Positions 51,264 through 60,983 are shown, numbered from the stretch's first letter. The stretch is DNA of 64,000 nt from Vicinamibacterales bacterium (GCA_038918905.1 JBCKZS010000007.1:9610-73609); one strand, 5' to 3'. The notes: generated by a model not told the origin, from the sequence alone. Numbers and translations: made by a program.

Positions 51264-52304
51264 ATGACTGAGACAAACGCGCTCGCCTTTTTCGAAGAGA
51301 TGTATGACGCTTATCAACATGCCGTGCGAGCCGTGGGCGGATTCATTGACCGCTACTATGCAATTGGTGGTTTCACTGTTCGCTTGCAGTTTGCGGGTCC
51401 TGCGCTCGTTCCGTTCATCACGCCCGCGCTAGAGCACTTGGCTTTAAATGATGAGGACACACGGGTCGAATTAACAGTTTGCCTTTGGGATAGTGCGTCG
51501 GCAGGCGTTCAGCCCCCCTCATCTCTATGGGCTTTAGAAGACGCTAGACATCGAGGGGGCGTTATCCGGTTAGGCACTGGTGATTGCTACATCTTCGTGC
51601 CAGTAGAAGCAGGATTGATCATCGCCTTTCACCAGCCGTCCCGACTTGCCATCGTTTGGACGCGCAACGCGAGCGAGACTCCACGTTACGAATGCGCGGC
51701 CCCGCTTCGCCCGCTGTTTCATGTATGGCTCCGCCAATGGGGACATCATCTCGCACATGCCGGTGCCATTGGCATACCGCGCGGCGGCGTGCTACTGGCG
51801 GGTAATAGCGGTTCGGGCAAATCTTCCACAGCACTCTTGTGCGTCGGCGCGGGCATGCAATACGGTGGCGATGACTTTTGCATCGTGACACCGCGATCCC
51901 CTTTTCAGGCGCACAGTTTGTACAACACTGCCCGCGTGAACATCCAATTCGCGCAAGAACTTTCGGGCGTGTCAAGCCATACGCGCAACGCTGACATAGA
52001 TGATCAAGGCAAAGCGGTTCTTTTCCTGCATCAACATTTTCCCAAACAGATCGCGCGCGATTTTCCCATTCGCGCGATTCTCGCGGTGCGTGTGGCAGGC
52101 GAAGCGGAAACTCGCCTGCGACCCATCTCGCCAGGCGTCGCCCTGAAAGCCTTGGCACCCAGCACCGTGTTTCAATTGCCAGATGGCCGAGCCGAAGACT
52201 TCCAGGCGATGGCCGAACTGGTGCGGCATTTGCCATGCTATCAATTGGAGCTGGGAACGGAACTTGGCGCCATTCCCGCTATCATTCAAGAAGTGCTAGG
52301 ATGA
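51264..52304 (+). CDS. HPr-kinase-related P-loop kinase
   Basis: AHAGAIGIPRGGVLLAGNSGSGKSSTALLCV closely parallels the HprK C-terminal-domain P-loop (GVLITGDSGVGKSETAL). The N-terminal half is unrelated to HprK. Confidence 0.7.
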   Translation: MTETNALAFFEEMYDAYQHAVRAVGGFIDRYYAIGGFTVRLQFAGPALVPFITPALEHLALNDEDTRVELTVCLWDSASAGVQPPSSLWALEDARHRGGVIRLGTGDCYIFVPVEAGLIIAFHQPSRLAIVWTRNASETPRYECAAPLRPLFHVWLRQWGHHLAHAGAIGIPRGGVLLAGNSGSGKSSTALLCVGAGMQYGGDDFCIVTPRSPFQAHSLYNTARVNIQFAQELSGVSSHTRNADIDDQGKAVLFLHQHFPKQIARDFPIRAILAVRVAGEAETRLRPISPGVALKALAPSTVFQLPDGRAEDFQAMAELVRHLPCYQLELGTELGAIPAIIQEVLG

Positions 52305-52317
52305 TGAACGAAAGAGT

Positions 52318-53439
52318 ATGAAAGCCATGAGAGTGATATTTTGGGTTGAAACGTTTTTGCCCATCATTGGCGGCGTGGAAGTGTTCAGCCAACAGCTGAT
52401 GCGTGCCCTCGCTGAACGAGGTCATGAGTTTATGCTCGTCGCATCAGCGCGTGAAGCTTCGGACGAATGGTTCGATTCCAAGATTCATGTCCGCCGGTTC
52501 CCGTTTCGCGCAGCCCTGTTTGGAGGTGACTTGCGGCTAATCGGAAAGATGCGTGACAGCGTAATTCAATTAAAGCGAACTTTCAAGCCCGACTTGGTCC
52601 ATCTCAACTCCACGCTCCCCAGCGCGTTCTTTCACGAGCGAACAGCGAAAGTCGTTCCAATTCCAGTGTTATTAACCTTGCACATGCCGATTTACGCCGT
52701 GGACGGTTCAACCAGTCTGGTGGGCAGCATATTACGCTCTGCCGACCAGACAGTCGCTGTGTCGCAGGCGATTCTTGACCAAGCGCTCAACGTTGCACCT
52801 GAGATTGCGCCACGATCGTCGGTCATTCACAACAGCCTACCGATGCCTGCGCTGCAACCATCGCCACTGCCAGTTGATCCACCAGTCATTTTAGGATTTG
52901 GGCGCCTTGCGATACAGAAAGGGTTCGATGTCGGCCTGGAGGCAATGGTAAAAGTCTTACAGCATTTCCCAGCTGCCCATCTGGTGCTGGCGGGCGACGG
53001 CGAAAGGCGTGCCAACCTAGAACAGCAGGCAACCCAATTAGGCATTACCAATGCGGTGGAGTTCACTGGTTGGGTTCCTCCCGATCAAATTCCTGCCTTA
53101 ATTAATCGCGCGTCATTAGCGATTGTGCCTTCGCGCTTCGAGCCATTCGGCTTGGTGGCATTGCAGGCGATGCAAATGGCGCGGCCGGTGGTCGCAAGTG
53201 ATGTAGGCGGGTTGACGGAAATTGTGGTGGACCACGAAACGGGTTTGCTCGTTCCAAAGGAAGACAGTGCAGCATTGGCACAAGCCATCATCTTCCTGTT
53301 GGAACACGAGCAGACCGCCGCGCAGTTCGGCAAAGCGGGACAGTTGCGAGCCCAGCATACATTTGGCTTTGATCGTTTTGTAGATGCGTATGAACAGCTC
53401 TATCAGCAACTTGGAAACAAGACCGCAGCCTGCCCCTAA
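52318..53439 (+). CDS. GT4-family glycosyltransferase
   Basis: MRVIFWVETFLPIIGGVEVFSQQL... and FEPFGLVALQAMQMARPVVASDVGGLTEIVVDHETGLLV (EX7E). Confidence 0.8.
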   Translation: MKAMRVIFWVETFLPIIGGVEVFSQQLMRALAERGHEFMLVASAREASDEWFDSKIHVRRFPFRAALFGGDLRLIGKMRDSVIQLKRTFKPDLVHLNSTLPSAFFHERTAKVVPIPVLLTLHMPIYAVDGSTSLVGSILRSADQTVAVSQAILDQALNVAPEIAPRSSVIHNSLPMPALQPSPLPVDPPVILGFGRLAIQKGFDVGLEAMVKVLQHFPAAHLVLAGDGERRANLEQQATQLGITNAVEFTGWVPPDQIPALINRASLAIVPSRFEPFGLVALQAMQMARPVVASDVGGLTEIVVDHETGLLVPKEDSAALAQAIIFLLEHEQTAAQFGKAGQLRAQHTFGFDRFVDAYEQLYQQLGNKTAACP

Positions 53440-53455
53440 GCGAGATACTGTGCTT

Positions 53456-53610
53456 ATGCCCAGCGGGCTGGTAAGCGCCATTGTTGCAGGCTGGAACGCC
53501 GAGTGCCATTGCATGAGGCAATTGGCAGCCTCTCGGCGCACACCTATCATCATGTGGCGATTATTATCGTGGATGACGGCCACACCGACAGCATGGCGCG
53601 CGTTGTCTAA
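53456..53610 (+). pseudogene. relic of a GT2 glycosyltransferase N-terminus (frameshifted and truncated)
   Basis: Frame 1 reads MPSGLVSAIVAGWNAE. After a frameshift near 53500-53515, another frame reads LHEAIGSLSAHTYHHVAIIIVDDGHTDSMARVV-stop. Together these reconstitute the first ~50 aa of a GT-A domain (compare LVSVIIPVHNGERYLAEAIESVLAQSYRAIEIIVIDDGSTDDS at 54377). Confidence 0.6.
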
Positions 53611-53627
53611 ATCATCAGGCCGATCGA

Positions 53628-54374
53628 ATGGCCATGCGATCTGATCCAACACAAGGAGAAGGTGGGCTGATCGATAAACAACTCTTGGTAAGCGTGATCA
53701 TTGTCGTCAAGAATGGCGCGCATTACCTGGCTTCGGCGCTGCAAAGCATCTTTCAACAGGACTATTCTCCAATTGAAGTTCTGGTTGTCGATGGCCAATC
53801 CACCGATGACACCGCCCGCATTGCTCAATCCTTTGGAAATGTTCAATACATTTGGCAGGCGAATCTAGGTGTAGCCAATGCGCGAAACATCGGCATCCAG
53901 GCGGCTCAGGGAGATGTTATTGCTTTTCTGGATTATGACGACTTGTGGCCGCGCGACAAGTTGAGTGTTCAAGTTGATTATTTGGAGAACCACCTCGACA
54001 TCATGTTCACGATCACTCACGTAAGGCTATTCTTGGAACAAGGCCATCTTCTGCGACCTGGTTTCAAGAGGGAATCTTTTCAAACCGGGCAGATTGGGTG
54101 TATCGCAAGCACTCTCGTCGCACGGCGAGTCGTATTCAAGCATGTCGGTGGATTCAATCCAGACCTTGTCATAGGCGGTGATGTTGATTGGTTTGCCCGC
54201 GCGCGTGACGCTGGTATTCCAATGGATGTTATTCCACAAGTTCTGTTATTCAAGCGGATTCACAATGACAATATCTCCGCCAATGTACAAACGAACACAC
54301 AAGAACTCTTGGCGGTCATCCGGAAGTCCGTCGATCGCAAGCGGACGACAAACGGTTTCTTAAATCAGGGATAA
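53628..54374 (+). CDS. GT2-family glycosyltransferase
   Basis: LLVSVIIVVKNGAHYLASALQSIFQQDYSPIEVLVVDGQSTDDT and FLDYDDLW (DxD). The exact start is uncertain. Confidence 0.75.
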   Translation: MAMRSDPTQGEGGLIDKQLLVSVIIVVKNGAHYLASALQSIFQQDYSPIEVLVVDGQSTDDTARIAQSFGNVQYIWQANLGVANARNIGIQAAQGDVIAFLDYDDLWPRDKLSVQVDYLENHLDIMFTITHVRLFLEQGHLLRPGFKRESFQTGQIGCIASTLVARRVVFKHVGGFNPDLVIGGDVDWFARARDAGIPMDVIPQVLLFKRIHNDNISANVQTNTQELLAVIRKSVDRKRTTNGFLNQG

Positions 54375-54376
54375 CC

Positions 54377-55069
54377 ATGCGGCCAAAGGCATTCTTAGTC
54401 AGCGTTATTATTCCCGTTCACAATGGTGAAAGGTATCTGGCTGAAGCGATTGAAAGCGTACTCGCGCAGAGCTATCGCGCTATTGAAATTATCGTAATTG
54501 ATGATGGTTCGACGGACGATAGCGCACGCGTAGCGCACAAGTTTCCGGTGCGGTATTATCGTCAGTCGCACAGTGGTCCTGGTGCCGCGCGCAATCGCGG
54601 CATCAAACAGGCGCAGGGGGATGTTGTTGCGTGTCTCGACGCAGACGATTTGTGGATGCCGGACAAACTCATGGCGCAGACCGCAACCTTAGCGGCGTAC
54701 CCTAAACTAGAGGCGGTGTTTGGACTAGTCGAGCAATTCAACAGCCCCGATGCCGACGCCACTGCCCAGTCTGCGCGATTCGTAGGCACAACGATGAACG
54801 GCTTGTACGCCAGTGCGATGTTAATTCGTCGCGCGGCGTTTATGCGGGTTGGATTGTTTGCGACGCAATGGGCCGTCGGCGAATTCATTGATTGGATTGC
54901 TCGCGCACAAGAAGCAGAACTTGAAATCTTTACACTGCCCGAAGTGGTGGTGCGTCGAAGAGTACACATGAACAACTTGACGATTCGCTCACGCGAGAAG
55001 GCGAACGTCGAGTACGCCCAAATCCTCAAAGCCGCGCTGGATCGCAGAAGAATGCACCAGGCGAGGTGA
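54377..55069 (+). CDS. GT2-family glycosyltransferase
   Basis: FLVSVIIPVHNGERYLAEAIESVLAQSYRAIEIIVIDDGSTDDS and CLDADDLW (DxD). Confidence 0.8.
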   Translation: MRPKAFLVSVIIPVHNGERYLAEAIESVLAQSYRAIEIIVIDDGSTDDSARVAHKFPVRYYRQSHSGPGAARNRGIKQAQGDVVACLDADDLWMPDKLMAQTATLAAYPKLEAVFGLVEQFNSPDADATAQSARFVGTTMNGLYASAMLIRRAAFMRVGLFATQWAVGEFIDWIARAQEAELEIFTLPEVVVRRRVHMNNLTIRSREKANVEYAQILKAALDRRRMHQAR

Positions 55070-55070
55070 G

Positions 55071-55979
55071 GTGCTGACAATGACCATGCCCAATTTCCTC
55101 GTCATCGGCGCAGCCAAGAGCGGCACTACCGCTTTGTATCACGCGCTCAAACAACATCCGCAAATCTATATGAGCCTTAAGGAGCCGCATTTCTTTGCGT
55201 TCGAGGGAGAAAAGCCTAATTATTGCGGGCCCGGGGACGAGGACTTTAACCGCAAGGTGGTCTTTCGCTACGAAGATTATTCAAGATTATTCGATGCCGC
55301 CCTCTATCAAATTGCCATTGGCGACGCATCTGTACATTACCTCACGCTGGCTGATTCTTGCGCGGAACGAATCAGGCGGCACATACTGCACGTCAGGTTG
55401 ATTGCCGTCCTAAGGCAGCCTGCCGACCGGGCGTATTCGCACTATATGATGCTGGTTTCTAACAAACACGAGACACTAGGTTTCGCCCAGGCGCTTAACG
55501 CGTCAGAGGGGCGTCGGCGCATGAACTGGGGACCTGGCCGGCAATATAGAACGAATGGCTTATACCATCGTCTCCTTCAGCCCTTCTTTGAACGATTCCC
55601 GCAGGAACAGATCCGCATCTATCTCTATGAAGATTGGAACACGAAACCGCTAGAGGTTCTGCAGGACATCTTCCGCTTTTTACAGGTGGATGACACGTTC
55701 GTCCCAGAGGTTGCCAGAAGTAACGTGACTTTGTTGCCTCGCTCTCGCGCCATCCACACATTGCTCACGAAACCACATCCTCTCAAGAGTTGGCTCAAGC
55801 CGTTGTTACCCCTTCGGTTACGGCAGGCAATGGTGTCTGGCTTGAAGTCGCTCAATCAGACAAAGCCACCGCCGCTTGACCCTGAACTCCGCCGCCAATT
55901 GACCGAGGGCTATCGTGAGGACATATTGAAGCTGCAAGACTTGATCGGCCGCGACCTTTCACACTGGTTGAAGACGTGA
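55071..55979 (+). CDS. PAPS-dependent sulfotransferase family protein
   Basis: 5'-PSB motif PNFLVIGAAKSGTTALYHAL and a 3'-PB-like LRQPADRAYSHY. The start could be the ATG at 55080. Confidence 0.75.
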   Translation: MLTMTMPNFLVIGAAKSGTTALYHALKQHPQIYMSLKEPHFFAFEGEKPNYCGPGDEDFNRKVVFRYEDYSRLFDAALYQIAIGDASVHYLTLADSCAERIRRHILHVRLIAVLRQPADRAYSHYMMLVSNKHETLGFAQALNASEGRRRMNWGPGRQYRTNGLYHRLLQPFFERFPQEQIRIYLYEDWNTKPLEVLQDIFRFLQVDDTFVPEVARSNVTLLPRSRAIHTLLTKPHPLKSWLKPLLPLRLRQAMVSGLKSLNQTKPPPLDPELRRQLTEGYREDILKLQDLIGRDLSHWLKT

Positions 55980-57661
55980 CGAACCTGACTCTCTGGCGTT
56001 TGGGGTTACGCTGGCTGCGCCTCAAGCCGTTGCTGCTCGCAGGGGTGATCGGCCTGGCAGTGGGACAACTGGTTAGCGTTTGGCTCATTGCCTATGTCTT
56101 TCAAGGCGCGCTGGCTTTGAACGCCCGGACAGATCAGATCGCTTGGCGCGCGGCGGCGATGGTTGCGCTCGGAGTGGCAAGCAGCGCTGGTCTCTTTCTC
56201 TCCCGCGTCACCAGCGCACGCATTTCTAACAACACCGCGCGCCATGTGCGCGTCGAACTGCTAGACCTACTGTACACGCGCGCGTATGCGTACTATGCGC
56301 TGTCGAACAGCGGCGCACTGCATTTTAGTTTGGTGTGGGATACCGAACGCGTGCAGAAATTCTTTGAGGTCGTGCTGGGTCAGGTATTCCCAGCCATCAT
56401 CGTCGGCGTCGGTATCGGCGCGGCACTCGTTTGGCTGAACCCAACACTGATGTTGATTCTATTGGCCGCTGCGCCGCTGTTGTTGATGGTCAATCGCTTT
56501 TCGCTCCCTTCGCTCAAACGGCAGGTTGCCAGGCGCATGGAGACGTTCAGGGCGTACAGCCGCGCCACGCTGGCGGTCGTACAACTCATAGGGCTGACGC
56601 GCGGGCAGACCGCCGAAGATCAAGAAACTACGCGGCAAACTCAGCAGATTGACGCGCTCACGCGTGAAACCGAAGCGTTGTCTCGTCAGCAAGCCTTTCA
56701 TCAAGCCGTCCGGAACGCGATGCTGCTGACTGTCGTCGGCGTTCTCCTCGTTATCGGCGGCGGTCAGGTCGCCGCGGGCCAAACGACTCTGGGCAATCTG
56801 CTGGCTTTCAACGCGATTCTGCTCGCGCTGCGACGTTATGCGCAAGATGCGCTGGGAGCAATTCCCGCGCTGGTAGATGGCTATCATGCGCTCGAATCGT
56901 TGCAACAACTGATCACCCAGACGCCACCAGAGCCATACAGCGGCACGCGCCAGCATGCTCTGCGCGGGACCATAGGGCTGCGCGATGTGACCTTCCGTTA
57001 TGACGGCCAGGCTCCGATCTTACGCGGCGTGAATCTGATGCTTGCGCCGGGCACGCTCACTGCGCTCGTCGGCTCTACCGGCTCAGGCAAAACGACTATC
57101 GTCAATCTGCTGCTGGGGCTGTATGGTCCACAACAGGGATGCCTCTTCACCGACAAGTATCTTTATGATGAACTGGATATGCGCTACCTGCGGCGACAGA
57201 TCGGCGTGCTGCCTCAAGACCCACTGCTCTTTGATGGAACGGTTTGGGAAAACATCATCTATGGAATGCCCAGCGCCTCCCGCGATCAAGTCGTCGCGGC
57301 GGCCGAAGTGGCGTCGGCGCACGAGTTTATCCAGCAAGTGCCGCAAGAATACGATACGCTCATCGGCGAACGCGGCGTGCGGCTGTCCGGTGGCCAACGC
57401 CAACGCATTGCGCTGGCGCGCGTTCTGCTGTGCCAGCCGAAACTGCTCATCCTCGACGAGCCGACCAATCATCTCGACGAAACCGCTGCGCGGCGGTTGA
57501 TCGAACACCTGATGCGCCGTGCGAACGCGCCGACGACGCTGATCATCAGTCACGACATGGCATTAGCGCATAAAGCGGATCGGCTTTGCTTTTTGCGTGA
57601 AGGGCGCCTTGTGCCAGGTGACTCTCCAGCAGTCTTGTTGGAGCCACTTGAGGTAAGATGA
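55976..57661 (+). CDS. ABC exporter, fused permease and ATPase (no N-terminal C39 peptidase domain)
   Basis: Six-TM N-terminal half, then Walker A GSTGSGKTT, signature LSGGQRQR and Walker B LLILDEPT. GTGA overlap with the sulfotransferase stop. Confidence 0.85.
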   Translation: MTNLTLWRLGLRWLRLKPLLLAGVIGLAVGQLVSVWLIAYVFQGALALNARTDQIAWRAAAMVALGVASSAGLFLSRVTSARISNNTARHVRVELLDLLYTRAYAYYALSNSGALHFSLVWDTERVQKFFEVVLGQVFPAIIVGVGIGAALVWLNPTLMLILLAAAPLLLMVNRFSLPSLKRQVARRMETFRAYSRATLAVVQLIGLTRGQTAEDQETTRQTQQIDALTRETEALSRQQAFHQAVRNAMLLTVVGVLLVIGGGQVAAGQTTLGNLLAFNAILLALRRYAQDALGAIPALVDGYHALESLQQLITQTPPEPYSGTRQHALRGTIGLRDVTFRYDGQAPILRGVNLMLAPGTLTALVGSTGSGKTTIVNLLLGLYGPQQGCLFTDKYLYDELDMRYLRRQIGVLPQDPLLFDGTVWENIIYGMPSASRDQVVAAAEVASAHEFIQQVPQEYDTLIGERGVRLSGGQRQRIALARVLLCQPKLLILDEPTNHLDETAARRLIEHLMRRANAPTTLIISHDMALAHKADRLCFLREGRLVPGDSPAVLLEPLEVR

Positions 57662-58827
57662 ATAACCGAAGCGGAGGCAGCGCGTTTCCCACGCGCGAAC
57701 AAGAGTTGCTCTTGCGAGTAGCGCTACAGCCAGAAGGAGTAGTCCTGCAAGCTTGGCAGAACTGGAAAGCGCAAGTGAATTTGGAGCAGGAATTGGACAT
57801 GGGGTCCTATCGCCTGCTATCTCTGCTGTACTTTAACCTGCAGCGGCTTGGCGTGGATGACCCGTGGATGGGCAAACTCAGGGGCATCTACCGCCGAGTG
57901 TGGTACCAGAACCAAACGTTGTTCCACACTATCGCCGACGTGCTGCGTCTGTTTCACGCAGCGGGGATTGAGACGATGATTCTGAAAGGCGCGGCGCTGA
58001 CCTTGCTATATTACAAGGACTATGGACTGCGCCCAATGGAAGATTTCGATGTGTTGGTGCCGACTAGGCAACGTCGCGCGGCGATTGACGCGCTGACGCA
58101 AGCGGGTTGGAGACCAATATTACGTCCGCTGGAAAAATTGACCGATGCGGTTCTGGATGTACGGCATGCCTGGGGATTTGAGAATGCTCATCAGCGTCAC
58201 TTTGATTTACACTGGCACCTACTGAAGGACTGTCGTTATCCGAATGCTGACGACGATTTTTGGACCGGCGCCATCCCTGTTCAAATGGCAGATGTTTCAA
58301 CACGTGCACTGAATCCGACCGACCAGCTGCTCCACGTCTGTGTCCACGGCGCGGCGTGGAATTCCGTTCCACCCATACGGTGGGTCGCCGATGCGATGAC
58401 AATTCTGAATGGATCACGCTCGGCGGTAGACTGGACGCGTCTCATTGCTCAGGCGGAAAAACGTCGTTTGATCTTGCCGCTTCGCGAGCCGCTCACATAT
58501 CTATGCAATTCGTTCGGTGCCACCATTCCGTCACATGTCTTGACGGAAATGAACAAGGCGCGTGTGTCAGACCTCGAGCGCAAGTACTACAATGCGATCA
58601 CTGCGAAACCAGATTGGCTGGGAGGTCTACCGGTCATTTGGTTTCGCTATTTGCTCAATTTTGAAGCGACAGGTAAGACAAACCTGGCTCAAAAACTGGT
58701 GGGTTTTCCCCGATACATGCAACAGGCTACAGGGAAGAATCGTCGGCGATTGTTGGCGTGGGCAGTGTCCAGAGCAATCGTCAGGATCGGCAGACAAGTG
58801 CGTGGTGTGGATCAAGGACTGGGTTAA
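57658..58827 (+). CDS. uncharacterised nucleotidyltransferase family protein (NTP_transf_5-like)
   Basis: FHAAGIETMILKGAALTLLYYKDYGLRPMEDFDVLVPTRQRRAAIDALTQAGW is the signature core of that family. ATGA overlap with the ABC stop. Confidence 0.7.
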   Translation: MNNRSGGSAFPTREQELLLRVALQPEGVVLQAWQNWKAQVNLEQELDMGSYRLLSLLYFNLQRLGVDDPWMGKLRGIYRRVWYQNQTLFHTIADVLRLFHAAGIETMILKGAALTLLYYKDYGLRPMEDFDVLVPTRQRRAAIDALTQAGWRPILRPLEKLTDAVLDVRHAWGFENAHQRHFDLHWHLLKDCRYPNADDDFWTGAIPVQMADVSTRALNPTDQLLHVCVHGAAWNSVPPIRWVADAMTILNGSRSAVDWTRLIAQAEKRRLILPLREPLTYLCNSFGATIPSHVLTEMNKARVSDLERKYYNAITAKPDWLGGLPVIWFRYLLNFEATGKTNLAQKLVGFPRYMQQATGKNRRRLLAWAVSRAIVRIGRQVRGVDQGLG

Positions 58828-59140
58828 GTGCGGCGAGAAGATGATGCGCATCTTTTGAAACGACGTGCTTCTAGCGCTTCGCACATGTTTCCTGCGTGCG
58901 ATGAACGATATGGGCTTGTAGACGATAGGCCGTATTAGCGGCCGCCCCGGGTAACGCAAGAGCCGTTCTCAGAGCGCGAGCAGAAATCGCCCTTGCGTGA
59001 GAGTTGAGCGCAGGATCCCGGTCGCCACCGGTGTTTCGGGACGCCCGTTCGTCGCCGCCGGGCAGCGCGCGGCGACCTTTATCAGGCTGGGTGCGGGCCG
59101 CTTGCTGCGAGGGGGGCGACGGCGGTGGGCTCGCGACGAG

Positions 59141-59757
59141 TCAGCCGCGGAGCGTGATGAGTCGGAGGACGTGGTACGTGAGCGCGAAGAGTGACGCACT
59201 GCCCAGGACCTTGGGCAGGCCGCGAACGACAAGGTGGTCGAGCCCTCGATGGGCCTTCGCGTCGGCGTTGACGGTTTCCGCGGTCGCGGCGCGCTGCTTG
59301 TAGATTTCTCGGGCCTCGTCGGTCGCCATGCGTTGACGCCACGCGACGACCGCAGCGCTGTCGGTGTCGCGTGGAAGATGCGGATCCGGAGCATCGGCCT
59401 TCCGAGGCTTGGGCACAGGGGCGTACACGATCACGTTCTTCTCGGCCGCCTGGTCGATCGCCTGGTGCCGCGGGTAGCCGCCGTCGACGAGTATCTCCTT
59501 CGGCCGCACGCCGGTGCGTTGCTCGATCTGCTCGAGCATCGGAGTCGATTCCCCCATGTCGCTGCCGAGGTTGGTGACGTCGACGCCCACGATGACGCGA
59601 GCCTGATCGGTGGTCGTGGCGAACTGCACGTTGAAGGCGGGCCGAAACCCATGGTCGCCCATCTTCATCACCCGCGCGTCGGGATCGGTGCTCGACACAC
59701 GAGCCGTTGCTTCCTTGGCACCGTTGCGTTTCTTGGTCTGAGCTTGATCCGATCCCG
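59141..59757 (-). pseudogene. C-terminal fragment of an IS1182/IS5-type DDE transposase, truncated by the IS3 insertion
   Basis: ...KKRNGAKEATARVSSTDPDARVMKMGDHGFRPAFNVQFATTTD...ILVDGGYPRH...AETVNADAKAHRGLD. The reading frame runs open right up to the IS3 end at 59757/59758. No N-terminal half is present on the other side of the IS3. Confidence 0.65.
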
Positions 59758-59769
59758 TGGACGGTTTAA

Positions 59770-60678
59770 CTACGCCGCTTGAGTCATCTGTGCTTGCCGT
59801 CGTTCGAACGCCGCCGGGCTGATCTGGCCCAGCGTCGAATGCCGGCGCCGTTGATTATAGAACACTTCGATGTAATCGAACAACTCCATCTTCGCATCGC
59901 CGTGGCTGGCGAACTGGTCCGCGAGTTCACTCTTGACCGTCGAGAAGAAGCTCTCCATGACGGCATTGTCGTGGCAATTGCCGCGACGGCTCATGCTGCA
60001 CACGATGCCGTGCGCCGCCAGCCGCGCCTGGTAATCCGCACTGGCGTACGTACAGCCCTGGTCGGAGTGGTGCAGCAACCCGATCGCTGGGCACCGGCGC
60101 TTGAGCGCCATCTCGAGCGCCTTGAGGGTCAGGTGGCGATCGTTCACGGCACTGACCGCCCAGCCGACCGCAAACCGTGAGAACAGATCCAGGACCACCG
60201 CGAGGTAGAGCTTCCCGCTGGTCCCGATCACGAACTCGGTCGTGTCCCCGACCCAGCGCTGATTCGGACCCGCGGCCTCGAACTGCCGATCGAGCAGATT
60301 GTCGGCGACCGGCTGATCATGATCACTCATGGTCGTCTGTTTGTACCGCCTGCGCTGCCGTGCTTTCAGCCCCGCTTCCTGCATCAGCCGGACGACGCGC
60401 TTCCGACTGACGCGCTCGTGAAGGTCGATCAGATCTTCGTGCACCCGCGGACTGCCATACCGCTGCTTGCTTTCTTCAAAGGAGGCGCGCACGAGGACCT
60501 TCAGCCGGCGGTCGTCGCAGGCATGGGTGGATTCCGGTCGCTTCCGCCACGCGTAGAACCCGCTCGTCGTCACCTGCAAACACCGGCACAGGATCCGGAC
60601 GGTGTGATGGGCCCTCTCCACGACAATGAACCGAAACCTCATCGGCTCTGCTTCGCGAAGAAGGCCGTCGCTTTTTTT
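59770..60678 (-). CDS. IS3 transposase OrfB (DDE integrase core), expressed by -1 frameshift from OrfA
   Basis: ...YGSPRVHEDL...NQRWVGDTTEF...LYLAVVLDLFSR...HHSDQGCTYAS...GNCHDNAVMESFF.... Slippery A AAA AAA G on the minus strand at 60672-60678. The orfB frame is -1 relative to orfA. Confidence 0.8.
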   Translation of the reverse strand, partial: KKSDGLLREAEPMRFRFIVVERAHHTVRILCRCLQVTTSGFYAWRKRPESTHACDDRRLKVLVRASFEESKQRYGSPRVHEDLIDLHERVSRKRVVRLMQEAGLKARQRRRYKQTTMSDHDQPVADNLLDRQFEAAGPNQRWVGDTTEFVIGTSGKLYLAVVLDLFSRFAVGWAVSAVNDRHLTLKALEMALKRRCPAIGLLHHSDQGCTYASADYQARLAAHGIVCSMSRRGNCHDNAVMESFFSTVKSELADQFASHGDAKMELFDYIEVFYNQRRRHSTLGQISPAAFERRQAQMTQAA

Positions 60679-60983
60679 AGGATGTCGCGCTCCTCGGCCA
60701 GGATGCGCACCTCTTTGCGCAGCCGCGCCAGCTCGTCGCGTTCTTCCTTCATCAGCCCGCTCTTGCTCTTCGTCCGCTCGGCTTGCTCCTGCCGGACCCA
60801 GCCGGCGAGCGCGGACGGCGTCAGATCGAGCTCCCGTGCCACCGCGCCGACCGTCTTGCTTTCTTCCACCACCAGCCGGACCGCGCCGGCCTTGAACTCC
60901 TCCGTGAACTGTCGTCGTCCTCGCCTGCTCGCTTTGCTTGATCCCATTCTGGCCATCGTATCCGCCTTTCGGAAGATGTCCAC
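60639..60983 (-). CDS. IS3 transposase OrfA (HTH)
   Basis: ...RRQFTEEFKAGAVRLVVEESKTVGAVARELDLTPSALAGWVRQ...LRKEVRILAEERDILKKATAFFAKQSR. The likely true start is MARMGSS (60956). Confidence 0.8.
   Translation of the reverse strand: MDIFRKADTMARMGSSKASRRGRRQFTEEFKAGAVRLVVEESKTVGAVARELDLTPSALAGWVRQEQAERTKSKSGLMKEERDELARLRKEVRILAEERDILKKATAFFAKQSR

Noticed and set aside
58828-58960. Tiny ORFs after the nucleotidyltransferase gene (MMRIF, MFPACDERYGLV) and the antisense 110-aa ORF 58627..58959 as RiPP precursors
   Set aside because: They are too short or lack a Shine-Dalgarno, have no leader/core architecture, and the 110-aa ORF is antisense to a well-supported gene. They cannot be excluded without comparative data.
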